From IMG/VR virus record IMGVR_UViG_3300007072_000008, positions 1 through 64,000 of that record: a DNA stretch of 64,000 nt, one strand, 5' to 3'. The notes beneath the pieces were generated by a model, which saw only the letters and a list, made by a program, of their open reading frames with translations, ran no database searches and had not been told where the DNA came from. The number at the start of each line of letters is the position of its first letter. Position 1 is the first letter of the stretch. Source of the DNA: a virus. Positions 27,967-36,730 of the stretch are shown here, in pieces. The translations under genes and the position numbers were made by a program.

Positions 27967-28289
27967 ATGGCTCTTATTAATATTACAAATACACCTACAA
28001 CACCTGCAGAAAAAATAAAAGCTCATAATGAACAAGTTCTAAAATCAGCTTATGCGATAATTAAACATGCTTTTAATATAATAAAACGTAATGTTTGGCA
28101 AAATAAAGACCTAACACCACAGCAAGTATTTGATTTATATGGAACCGATGCAGCAGTCCTTTGTGTGCTATATCTGATAAGGCCAAAGAGATTTTAGCTT
28201 TGGTGGGAGAAGACGTGGGACCGGTGTGCCCTGCTGATAAAACACTTACTATAAATCCAGATGGGACGGTTACAGTGGGAAATGCTTAA
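27967..28289 (+). pseudogene. Small phage protein split by a 2-nt (TA) frameshift
   Basis: ...TPQQVFDLYGTDAAVLCVL continues in another frame as SDKAKEIL...TINPDGTVTVGNA*; strong AGGAG SD. Confidence 0.6.
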
Positions 28290-28440
28290 GGGTTGCGGAA
28301 CTGTTCTCTAAAACCTACGGAAATCTCGGATAACCTACGAGATGTAAAAGGAGATAAGGCAAACCTTTCAGATACTACTGGAACGCCGAGTGTGAATTGT
28401 TTATAATTAAAAAAGAGAAGGACGAATGGGTGGTAGTAAT

Positions 28441-29364
28441 ATGTCTTTTTTTAGATACCCAGGTGGTAAATCTAAACTTCGTGATGAGATTGCAAAGTGT
28501 TTGTTTGAACAAGCCGATCATAATGGTTTGCAATACCGTGAGCCGTTCTTTGGTGGTGGCAGCATTGGTCTGAAACTACTTCAAGATAATCCAGATATTA
28601 AGAACATTTGGATCAATGACAAAGACATAGGCATTGCGTGCCTGTGGACATCTGTAATTAGATACATTGATGATTTCAAAGACCGTGTTAATGATTTCAA
28701 GCCGTCAGTAAAAGCATTCCACGAACTAAAAACGGAATTGCAATCGCTGACAGTGATACCAAAGCAAAAAAGCAAGATCGTTGAGATTGGCTTTAAGAAA
28801 TTAGCGATACATCAGATTTCGTATTCAGGGCTTGGAACTAAATCTGGTGGCCCGCTCGGTGGAGAGAACCAAAAGTCCAAATACAAAATCGACTGTCGCT
28901 GGTCGCCAAAATATATCTGCAAAAAGGTGGATTATCTTCATGCCCAATTTGCTGGCATTTCGGTTCAAGATGAGGCTTGCACTAATTTGGATTTCGGTGA
29001 TTTAATCACTGCGAACACCCACGACAGTCTGATTTATTTAGACCCACCTTATTTTGTTAAAGGCAATGACCTTTATCAGCACGGGTTTACCGAAGCGGAT
29101 CACCGCCGACTTGCCGATCTATTGAGAAAGTGCAAACACTCTTGGGTGTTGTCGTATGATGATTGCCCAGAGATACGTGAATTGTATGTTTGGGCTGATT
29201 TCCATTCGCTTAATGTGAAATACAGCATTACCGCCAACAAAGATGACGAAACAGGGGAGAGAACTTCAAGAACGAAGCCAGAGTTGTTGATTTACCCCAA
29301 GAAGAAGGAACTTAATGATGTTAGAGATGCAGCAATACACACCGTCGCAGGTTCAACCAGTTAA
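28441..29364 (+). CDS. dam: DNA adenine methyltransferase (Dam/D12 class)
   Basis: FRYPGGKS, EPFFGGGS, WIND, YLDPPY, WVLSYD. Confidence 0.92.
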   Translation: MSFFRYPGGKSKLRDEIAKCLFEQADHNGLQYREPFFGGGSIGLKLLQDNPDIKNIWINDKDIGIACLWTSVIRYIDDFKDRVNDFKPSVKAFHELKTELQSLTVIPKQKSKIVEIGFKKLAIHQISYSGLGTKSGGPLGGENQKSKYKIDCRWSPKYICKKVDYLHAQFAGISVQDEACTNLDFGDLITANTHDSLIYLDPPYFVKGNDLYQHGFTEADHRRLADLLRKCKHSWVLSYDDCPEIRELYVWADFHSLNVKYSITANKDDETGERTSRTKPELLIYPKKKELNDVRDAAIHTVAGSTS

Positions 29365-29956
29365 GAAGACCATAGTTAATGGTGACAAAGAAGTAGAAGT
29401 GTTTGAAGTTGTAGTTGAGGGCGAAGAATATGAGAAATGTGAAGCCCAATCGACTAATATGTGGGCTAACTCAAAAACTGGCGAGTGGGGCAGTGGATTG
29501 ATGAACAATAAAGATGATCCACGAAAGACAGAAAGAACAGGCAATTTGGGAGAAATGGCATTTGCTAAAGTATTCAACCTGCCTGTGGATTTCTCTTATA
29601 AACGTGGTGGCGACGATCAGGACTTTATGCTTTTTGGTAAGCACTCGCTGAATATCAAAAATGCTGCTCGCAATTATGGGCAAGCACTTGTTAAAGCCGT
29701 CACCGATACAGGTTATCCAGTGCCTCCGAAAAACGACATTTATGTGTTTTCATACATTGCATCCGAAGATCGGGAAAACAAGCGAGCCACTGTAATGCTG
29801 GTTGGGTATGAGGTCAAAGATGCTATTGTTGCTCGTGAGAAAGTTCCAGCAATTAAGGGAAAGCATTTGAACTATGCAATCCCTTATAATGAATTGAAGC
29901 CAATCAGTCGTCTTTTTGAGGCATATCAGAAACACCAAACAAAGAAAGCAGCATGA
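29315..29956 (+). CDS. Putative PD-(D/E)xK-fold nuclease-like protein
   Basis: GNLGEMAF...GGDDQDF...LNIK...DIYVF pattern; overlaps the methylase stop. Confidence 0.55.
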   Translation: MMLEMQQYTPSQVQPVKKTIVNGDKEVEVFEVVVEGEEYEKCEAQSTNMWANSKTGEWGSGLMNNKDDPRKTERTGNLGEMAFAKVFNLPVDFSYKRGGDDQDFMLFGKHSLNIKNAARNYGQALVKAVTDTGYPVPPKNDIYVFSYIASEDRENKRATVMLVGYEVKDAIVAREKVPAIKGKHLNYAIPYNELKPISRLFEAYQKHQTKKAA

Positions 29957-30087
29957 CATTCGGAGAGTTCAAAGACCAGTTAGCCAGTTTTCCAGATGAT
30001 TGGGAAATCACTTTTGCTGGTGGGATGATTGTTTGTCGTCTCAAGCAACGAGATGTAAAGATGGTAAACGTAGAATTTGATGCTTAA
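29953..30087 (+). CDS. Small hypothetical protein MTFGEFKDQLASFPDDWEITF...
   Basis: ATGA overlap; typical small phage protein start. Below the ORF-track cutoff. Confidence 0.6.
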   Translation: MTFGEFKDQLASFPDDWEITFAGGMIVCRLKQRDVKMVNVEFDA

Positions 30088-30099
30088 ACATCATCCTAA

Positions 30100-30927
30100 C
30101 GGTGGTAGTTTGTGTCTGCCGATTGGGGAAGTAATTGGTGATAAAATAGAATGGGACGTAGTGCTATTCAAATACAGCGATAATGGCAATCAAATTAAAC
30201 AGGAGATCGAACGTAATCAGAAGCAAATCGAGTCAATGATAGAGATAGCCAACAAGCAGGTATCCCAGATACGGTCGAAGAGATATAAATTTCATCACAT
30301 AATGCCATAGTGAAAAAGGGGAAAAAGCAACGGGCTGAAATCATCATTCAGAACGTGCATAATCAATACGTGGAAATGCTAATCCAAATCAACAACAATG
30401 TAAGTGAAGACGTGAATAATGTAATTTAATCAGCATAACAACAATCTTGGTGGAGATGTTAATAATGCCGTTGCATAACGGGGCAATGTGACACAGACGC
30501 TTGTGACTGGAAACAGGGTTGCTGTCGATCAACCCAAGGATAACTTCCTGACCATTTTGTGGAAGAAGGCAAAACAGCTTTTCAAGTGGCTGTTTGGGAT
30601 GAAATGACCCCAGAAGAAAAGAAACAAACTCTCATTGCAAGCGGTTGGGAACCAGTCATGGAAGGCAATCATCAACTTTGGCTCGACCCAGAAGACGAGA
30701 CAAGGGACGATCCAACTACATTCGTTGGATTGAATAATTTGGCTGCGATAACTTCCGACCAACATAACTCAATATTGGTCAATGGTCGCATCCTCAAGAG
30801 CATCAATCAGTGGTATAATAAACATCCGAGCAAAACCAACTCTCGCAAGCGACATTTTCGCTTGGAGAACTACTTTCACCACGTTTTCAAGATGATTGTC
30901 AAAAACTGTATCAGGCACGGACGGTGA
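30100..30927 (+). pseudogene. Decayed ORF fragments within the cassette
   Basis: Reading frames are broken by a frameshift near 30300 and an in-frame TAA near 30541. Confidence 0.45.
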
Positions 30928-31116
30928 AGGTCAGACGATTGATGGCTCAAACTCTAAAAAGTAAGGAAATCTTGTCAATCATAGATTTCCGTAGGTTTTA
31001 AGGAACGGTATAAATAGATTGGAGCAATAAACACGGATATAGAAACTTCGGGTAATTAGGATGATTCTGCTACTCTAATCTCTCCTGCTTTTACTGAGGA
31101 ATTTGATACCACAGAG

Positions 31117-31515
31117 TCACATACTATAATTTACCCACAAAATAATATCGCATTCAAAAAAGCATTTTTTCCTCTGTATTCCAATAACAGGCAAATAATT
31201 CTTATTTCCCTCTTGTTGTTTACGAGCTATGAAAGCTTCGGGTTCTTCTCCGGTTAGCAAAAAGTTATTCATTACTTCAGCCGCGATTGGTTGTATGTCT
31301 GACCCTAGTTCGACACTTTTATTAATTGTGATAGTCCAATCTATAGTCGGCAGATCTGATATGTATATATCTTTGACTTCAAAATCTTTTATAACAGGTC
31401 CATCTCCCAGTACAGATGAAGTAATTATTTCTTTCATAGAAGGATATTGATGTATGCATTTCTTTACTAAAGATAAAAAGTCAGCTAAAGGAATGCGGCA
31501 TAGATCAGCATCCAC
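31117..31515 (-). CDS. Hypothetical protein
   Basis: 132 aa, abuts the upstream gene. Confidence 0.65.
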   Translation of the reverse strand: MDADLCRIPLADFLSLVKKCIHQYPSMKEIITSSVLGDGPVIKDFEVKDIYISDLPTIDWTITINKSVELGSDIQPIAAEVMNNFLLTGEEPEAFIARKQQEGNKNYLPVIGIQRKKCFFECDIILWVNYSM

Positions 31516-31764
31516 CTACTCGTCTCCTAGTAATTGAACTATATTTTTGCCAAAGTGATTATTTGGAAAATCGAAACTAAATGTGGTATTTGCTTTTTTT
31601 GCAGAAGCATTGGCCATTACACCTCGATTAATTTTAAAATCGTAATCCAATAGGTGTGGAATGTTGTTATTGTTATTTGCCCATATGTCAATAGCAAAAT
31701 TAGCCAAAGCTTCAGCATGTTTTTCATTCAATAGGTTCAGTAGCTGTTTTGTTTTTTCGTTCAT
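31516..31764 (-). CDS. Hypothetical protein
   Basis: GAGG SD. Confidence 0.65.
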   Translation of the reverse strand: MNEKTKQLLNLLNEKHAEALANFAIDIWANNNNNIPHLLDYDFKINRGVMANASAKKANTTFSFDFPNNHFGKNIVQLLGDE

Positions 31765-31771
31765 AAATTCC

Positions 31772-32683
31772 TCAGTTAATATAATGATCGATACCTAAAT
31801 CTTGTTTTTTGTAATTTTCTATATCATACAAGCATCGATCCCCATATGTTTGAGCGACATGGGAGATTAATGTTTCACTATGAGTGACTATAAAAAATTG
31901 TTTATCAGGAAATGTGGTTATCATTTGATCTAATGCTCGGGTTTGTCTTTTATAGTAGATTTCTTTTTCAAAAGAATCTATGACAACCACACTGGCTTGA
32001 TTTATATAATTACTATCACACAAATGGGCTATCATTGTAGCTAATTTTTTTTCTCCACCACTAAATGATTTGTAGTGGACCTTAACACCATATTTGTTGA
32101 TCACAAAATCATTATAAAAATCCAAGGTATGTAAATACTCTGCGTCATCCCAAATAGACCTTACTAATTCTTCATTATGTTTAACAAAATTACAGTCAAA
32201 ATTATATATTATTTTGGCTAAAGATAAAAACTTTTCGCCGTCCTGTACCGCTACTTGAAATTTCGAAGTATTAATTGGATTGTCAGCATCAATATAGTAA
32301 GCATATCCGGCACGGTCTAAACAGGTTTGCACCACACCAAAATTATTGTATTCTACTGTGCCTATTTCACCACTAGAACGGTTCACTAAGTGGGCCAGTA
32401 TATTCATGTTGTAAACCGAAGACAAACCTTCTTTTTCTTTGATAAATTGATATGTATCATAGTCTTCGTTAAATACTAGTTTTTTTAACAACAAGGAATT
32501 GTCTCGATCTATTAGCCGCGGAGAATTATATACTAAATTAATAGCTTGCAATAAGGAGGTTTTTCCAGAACCATTAGGTGCAAATATTAAATACACAGGT
32601 TTAAAGGTATCGTCTATGAATGTAAACGTAATATCCCTATAACCCATAAAATTTTGCAAACGAATATCCTTCAAGTACCACAT
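31772..32683 (-). CDS. ABC/SMC-type (AAA_21-like) ATPase
   Basis: LQNFMGY, APNGSGKTS, FSGGEKK, VVVIDSFE, IVTHS; start MWYLK at 32683. Confidence 0.85.
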   Translation of the reverse strand: MWYLKDIRLQNFMGYRDITFTFIDDTFKPVYLIFAPNGSGKTSLLQAINLVYNSPRLIDRDNSLLLKKLVFNEDYDTYQFIKEKEGLSSVYNMNILAHLVNRSSGEIGTVEYNNFGVVQTCLDRAGYAYYIDADNPINTSKFQVAVQDGEKFLSLAKIIYNFDCNFVKHNEELVRSIWDDAEYLHTLDFYNDFVINKYGVKVHYKSFSGGEKKLATMIAHLCDSNYINQASVVVIDSFEKEIYYKRQTRALDQMITTFPDKQFFIVTHSETLISHVAQTYGDRCLYDIENYKKQDLGIDHYIN

Positions 32684-32844
32684 GTTACTATATCGGCCTG
32701 TTGGTGTAGCTATTGAATTAATTAACGACCGTAACATTACATATAGCTAATTTTATTAATTATATTTTAAGTCTACATGTTGAAAGTGTTGAAGTGGTTT
32801 TTGTTCTAAGTATGTTTTAAATGATAATTATTTAACTGATCTTA

Positions 32845-34068
32845 TTATTCTATAAGCCAACGTATAATTAAATCGTTAGATGTAAACTGTGTTGTGTTTG
32901 CGTATTGTTTTATTATATCCCATAATTCGGCATTATCTAATAATGACTGTTCCGGTGCTTCTAAAGAAAACCATTCAGCCTCATTATAATTCTGTAAAAA
33001 ATAGGCTCTATACTTTGGATCTTCGGTGAATTTTTTTATAGTATTTTTAACAGGTCCAAAGTGAGCATATTCATAGGTAATATTAGATAGTCGTTTAATT
33101 GATTTTATCTGATCTTTGGTAGAACATTTAAGTTTTTCTCTGTTTATAGGTAACTTGTCATTTATATATTTATTTTTTACTTCTTCTTTTGCTTCGCAAT
33201 ATAGTTTATCTTGTAAGCCATTATGAATCACTATATATAACATTTGTTCTTTCGCAGGTAGTGCTTTAAATTGCTCATCAGGCAAAACCTGTAACCTTTT
33301 TATGATTTGTTCATCTTCTGGTGAGATGGGTACATATTTTAATTGATTCATAGCATTTTTTAGTTCTGGAATAATTTTAAACACCTCTTTCCAATTAGAT
33401 TCCACACTGTCTTGATCGGTATTGTTTTTGCTGGTTAAGATGGGCTTATTATTAACGGTAATTTGTAGCGCAAATATTTTATAATCATCTGTATTTGGGG
33501 CTTGTTTTCTCAGTCCAAAATAAAAAGTAGATCGCAGTTTGTTGAATCTATATGTATAAAAAAGGTTTTTAGATGCCTCCGTTCTAGATACGCACCATGT
33601 TGTAGGTACGACTTTATTAATTTCACGATCTAATTTATTCCGAATGGCTACACATGCTTGAGGATTGTCTCCTCTGTACAAATCAATTTGATTGTCACTA
33701 TAAACAGGCTCTGGCCCATCTTGTGCTGGTGCTGAATAATTAGTTTTATCTTTTTCTGCTTTGTTTATGGTTTCTATAGCAGTGAGCACTTCGTTTTTTA
33801 ATTCATCAAACGACTGAATTTGTTGAATGTTTTTAACTATTCCTGTTATTTGACGATATCGTTCACGATATTGTTCAAATAAATCTATATATCTATTAAT
33901 TTCTTGAGCAAATTGGTGTAAATCGGGTATAGATTCAATAGATTTTTTGCTTTTACATTGTTTATACTGTTCTTCATTTATAATGCCTTGATTCCGCATT
34001 ATCTTTAAAATAATATCTAATTTACGTCCTCTACCAATAGCAAATTTTAATATTTTATACCACTGCAT
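32845..34068 (-). CDS. Hypothetical protein with MQWYK tag and WCV...YR...TFYF domain
   Basis: Starts MQWYKILKFA; paralog of 21422..23578. Confidence 0.8.
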   Translation of the reverse strand: MQWYKILKFAIGRGRKLDIILKIMRNQGIINEEQYKQCKSKKSIESIPDLHQFAQEINRYIDLFEQYRERYRQITGIVKNIQQIQSFDELKNEVLTAIETINKAEKDKTNYSAPAQDGPEPVYSDNQIDLYRGDNPQACVAIRNKLDREINKVVPTTWCVSRTEASKNLFYTYRFNKLRSTFYFGLRKQAPNTDDYKIFALQITVNNKPILTSKNNTDQDSVESNWKEVFKIIPELKNAMNQLKYVPISPEDEQIIKRLQVLPDEQFKALPAKEQMLYIVIHNGLQDKLYCEAKEEVKNKYINDKLPINREKLKCSTKDQIKSIKRLSNITYEYAHFGPVKNTIKKFTEDPKYRAYFLQNYNEAEWFSLEAPEQSLLDNAELWDIIKQYANTTQFTSNDLIIRWLIE

Positions 34069-34179
34069 AAATTAAACCTTTTATGGTTTCTAAATATCTT
34101 TTTGTATACAATAATCTACAAAATTTTAAAGCATATATGTTCTATTTTAACGTTTATAAACAATTTCCTTGTTTTTATT

Positions 34180-34430
34180 GATTTTTTTATCTACTTGCAT
34201 ATAGTCAATATCACTTTGAGTGTCAGCTATTCCGTTTTGTTTTACTGCTTCTAAGACTATTTTTCTAATATGACTAAAATGCTTGCAATAATTTAGAACT
34301 AACCCATTTGTTTTTTACTGCTTCTAAAACAAAATTGGGGACTACTTCTTTGTCTGTTCTAAATATGCCCACGTCCTTTAAACTATAGCCATTTAGATTT
34401 ACTGCTGACAAGGCTCTTGGTTCCACCAGG
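34180..34430 (-). pseudogene. Remnant of a DUF4116-like repeat gene
   Basis: Broken copies of VLEAVKQNG / FVLEAVK / DKEVV on the minus strand (tttttactgcttctaa repeated). Confidence 0.55.
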
Positions 34431-34651
34431 CACCTTTAAAGAATTTTCTATAATAGTTTAAGGAAGGGGTTTGTTCTCTGCAAAAAATTCTTACATAGAA
34501 TAGCTAATTTGCCTAAGAAAACTTTTTCTCGACTTTGTGAACACTTTAAATTAAACATTATTTTTATGGTATTATTATTATTATTATTATTTAATTCGGT
34601 TTATACAATTCCTTTAAAGGAAAAGCATTATTTTCTGGGAAAGTTAAAGTT

Positions 34652-36730
34652 ATGACTGATATTCGACTAAATATAAACAGACCAACTCAATTAGTTTGTG
34701 AAGTTTCATTAACATTAGGGTGTTTATCTGAATTGCCCGCAGAAAATACAAACACTACAGTTCCTTTTAGATATAGTATTATTGAAGGATCTGGTATTAC
34801 GGTAATTGATGTGAAGCTATATGCTTTTGCTGATTATTATGAATTGCACATATATCTTAATGATGTCCATGATGGATATTGTCATATAATTTGGTCTGAA
34901 TCAGATACAATTACGGTATCTGAGTTTTCTAAGACTGGTTGGACGATTGTTGTGGGTAATGGATCTTGGGCAGAAATATGGTTAGATTTAACTACTATTT
35001 CACTTTCTTCTAGTTCTACAACTGAATTTTCTGGTAATGTGGTAATTTTATACCGACAAAATGATGTTGACAGTCTAGAGTTTGCAAATTACTATAAAGA
35101 TAAGCATAATTTATCTGAAGGATCTTTAATCCCACTCCCCTGTTCGTTAGATGAGATATTAGCTTCTTATCAAGATTTTTACGATCAAATTGAAAGCCCC
35201 TTGATAAATCAATTAGGAGAATTATTATTAGGTTCAGAATATACGAAAAGTATAGTGAAATATATAATAGTGGGATTTCATGTTCCTGGCGGTTTTATTG
35301 ATAATGGGGATGTAATTGCTACAACATCTAGGTTGGCTAGAATTAATTTCCCATATGTTAAGAAAACAGACAATCCTATATATGCTCCAGCTTTATATGA
35401 TACTTCGCAAATAGATCTCGATGAGGTCATTATTTGTTCCCGAATTGATGCCCCGACTTTAGCAAATGCTAAATTTATAGTAGATAACGCTATCACAATT
35501 TCTAAACAAGGGTATGCTAATGGTCAATTCTATTTCGATAAAATAGCCGCTTCTAATGAATATAATGACGCATATGCATTAGTATTAGAAGATTTTGAAA
35601 ACACAGTGCTACCACAGTTAAATATGACCGTTTTTCGTACTTATGCATGGGATGAAAATACTGATGTGCCATTATTTAGACTAAAAAACGATAGTATAGT
35701 ATGGGCTTTTGAGGCAGACAGAGCTGGTTATACATATTTTGAACCCACAAAATATTCTCGTTGTTTTTGCTATAATGCGGATACTGATGGGGCATATACG
35801 GTTAGAGATGTTAATGCTGCCCGTTGGCCTATGTTAGCCCTACTGTCTGGATATGCATCCACTGCTGGAGCAATGTCTGATCCAACGGTAGATGGGTATT
35901 TGTCACCCTCTCCGTTCTTTGACGCATTATTACAAGGGTATACAGTCGGAGAAGCTTTCGTTCGTAGTGTCCCTTTTTTAAATTGGACAGTGGGGTTATT
36001 TGGTGATCCTTTATTGACTTTTAGATTTCCGCAGGGGCCAAGTAAAACATACACTATCTCTGAAATTAATACTATTGAACAAACTGCAGAAAACATAGCT
36101 GATAGTATTGCCTTTAATATTGCAAGACAAAACGCACTAACTAGCATAACAAATATTATACTTGGATATACAGATAACATAGCAGTAAAAGATAAATTAT
36201 TTAACGCAGCAGTCACTATGAAAGGCAGAGCAGAATTGATTAATGATTCCTATTATACTAAGCTGATAAATAGTTTCTTTCAATTTGCACCTAATATAAA
36301 TAGTTTATTATTAAAACATAACACAAAAATATCCAGTTTATTAAATGAAACTTTAGGTAATAATGTTGTAGATTCTAATAATCTATATGTTAATGGACAG
36401 TGGCATATAGATCATGTTCTGACTAGATCTTCAGGATTTTTTAGATATCATTTTGTGATAGAGGCTTCAGTGTATAGTGATTTTTTGAATCCTTTTGCAA
36501 CAATTGATAGTGAAATATCATTAAACGGATGGTTTTATGAAAAAAATCAAGATGAATTTGTGGCAATTCCTGCCAATGGTGTTGCAGCTAATTTTGCCGG
36601 AAGAAGAATAAGATATATAGGTTCGTTTCCGATCACACGCGGCACAATGTTTTATGTGAGAATAAGGCAAAGAGATAATCTATCTCAATTAACTGAGTGG
36701 GTGAATATTAATAAGGTTGGAAATACATAA
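34652..36730 (+). CDS. TIGR03790-like protein with N- and C-terminal extensions
   Basis: SLEFANYY, RIDAP..A..IVD.AI, AGAMSDP...GYTVGEAF..S.PFLNW....GDPL. Confidence 0.75.
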   Translation: MTDIRLNINRPTQLVCEVSLTLGCLSELPAENTNTTVPFRYSIIEGSGITVIDVKLYAFADYYELHIYLNDVHDGYCHIIWSESDTITVSEFSKTGWTIVVGNGSWAEIWLDLTTISLSSSSTTEFSGNVVILYRQNDVDSLEFANYYKDKHNLSEGSLIPLPCSLDEILASYQDFYDQIESPLINQLGELLLGSEYTKSIVKYIIVGFHVPGGFIDNGDVIATTSRLARINFPYVKKTDNPIYAPALYDTSQIDLDEVIICSRIDAPTLANAKFIVDNAITISKQGYANGQFYFDKIAASNEYNDAYALVLEDFENTVLPQLNMTVFRTYAWDENTDVPLFRLKNDSIVWAFEADRAGYTYFEPTKYSRCFCYNADTDGAYTVRDVNAARWPMLALLSGYASTAGAMSDPTVDGYLSPSPFFDALLQGYTVGEAFVRSVPFLNWTVGLFGDPLLTFRFPQGPSKTYTISEINTIEQTAENIADSIAFNIARQNALTSITNIILGYTDNIAVKDKLFNAAVTMKGRAELINDSYYTKLINSFFQFAPNINSLLLKHNTKISSLLNETLGNNVVDSNNLYVNGQWHIDHVLTRSSGFFRYHFVIEASVYSDFLNPFATIDSEISLNGWFYEKNQDEFVAIPANGVAANFAGRRIRYIGSFPITRGTMFYVRIRQRDNLSQLTEWVNINKVGNT

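Larger units (their letters stand above)
28301..31008. mobile_element. Cassette bounded by 26-bp imperfect inverted repeats, no transposase
   Basis: ctgttctctaaaacctacggaaatct (28301-28326) against agatttccgtaggttttaaggaacgg (30983-31008); interior is visibly more GC-rich than its flanks. Confidence 0.65.

Noticed and set aside
30952-31003. Integron attC site at the right end of the methylase cassette
   Set aside because: No RYYYAAC/GTTRRRY core boxes and no integrase nearby; retained only as a palindromic end structure.
31772-32683. ABC ATPase as part of a defence system (Gabija, Septu, OLD) or SbcCD
   Set aside because: No recognisable partner nuclease or helicase is adjacent and there is no long coiled coil; function left open.
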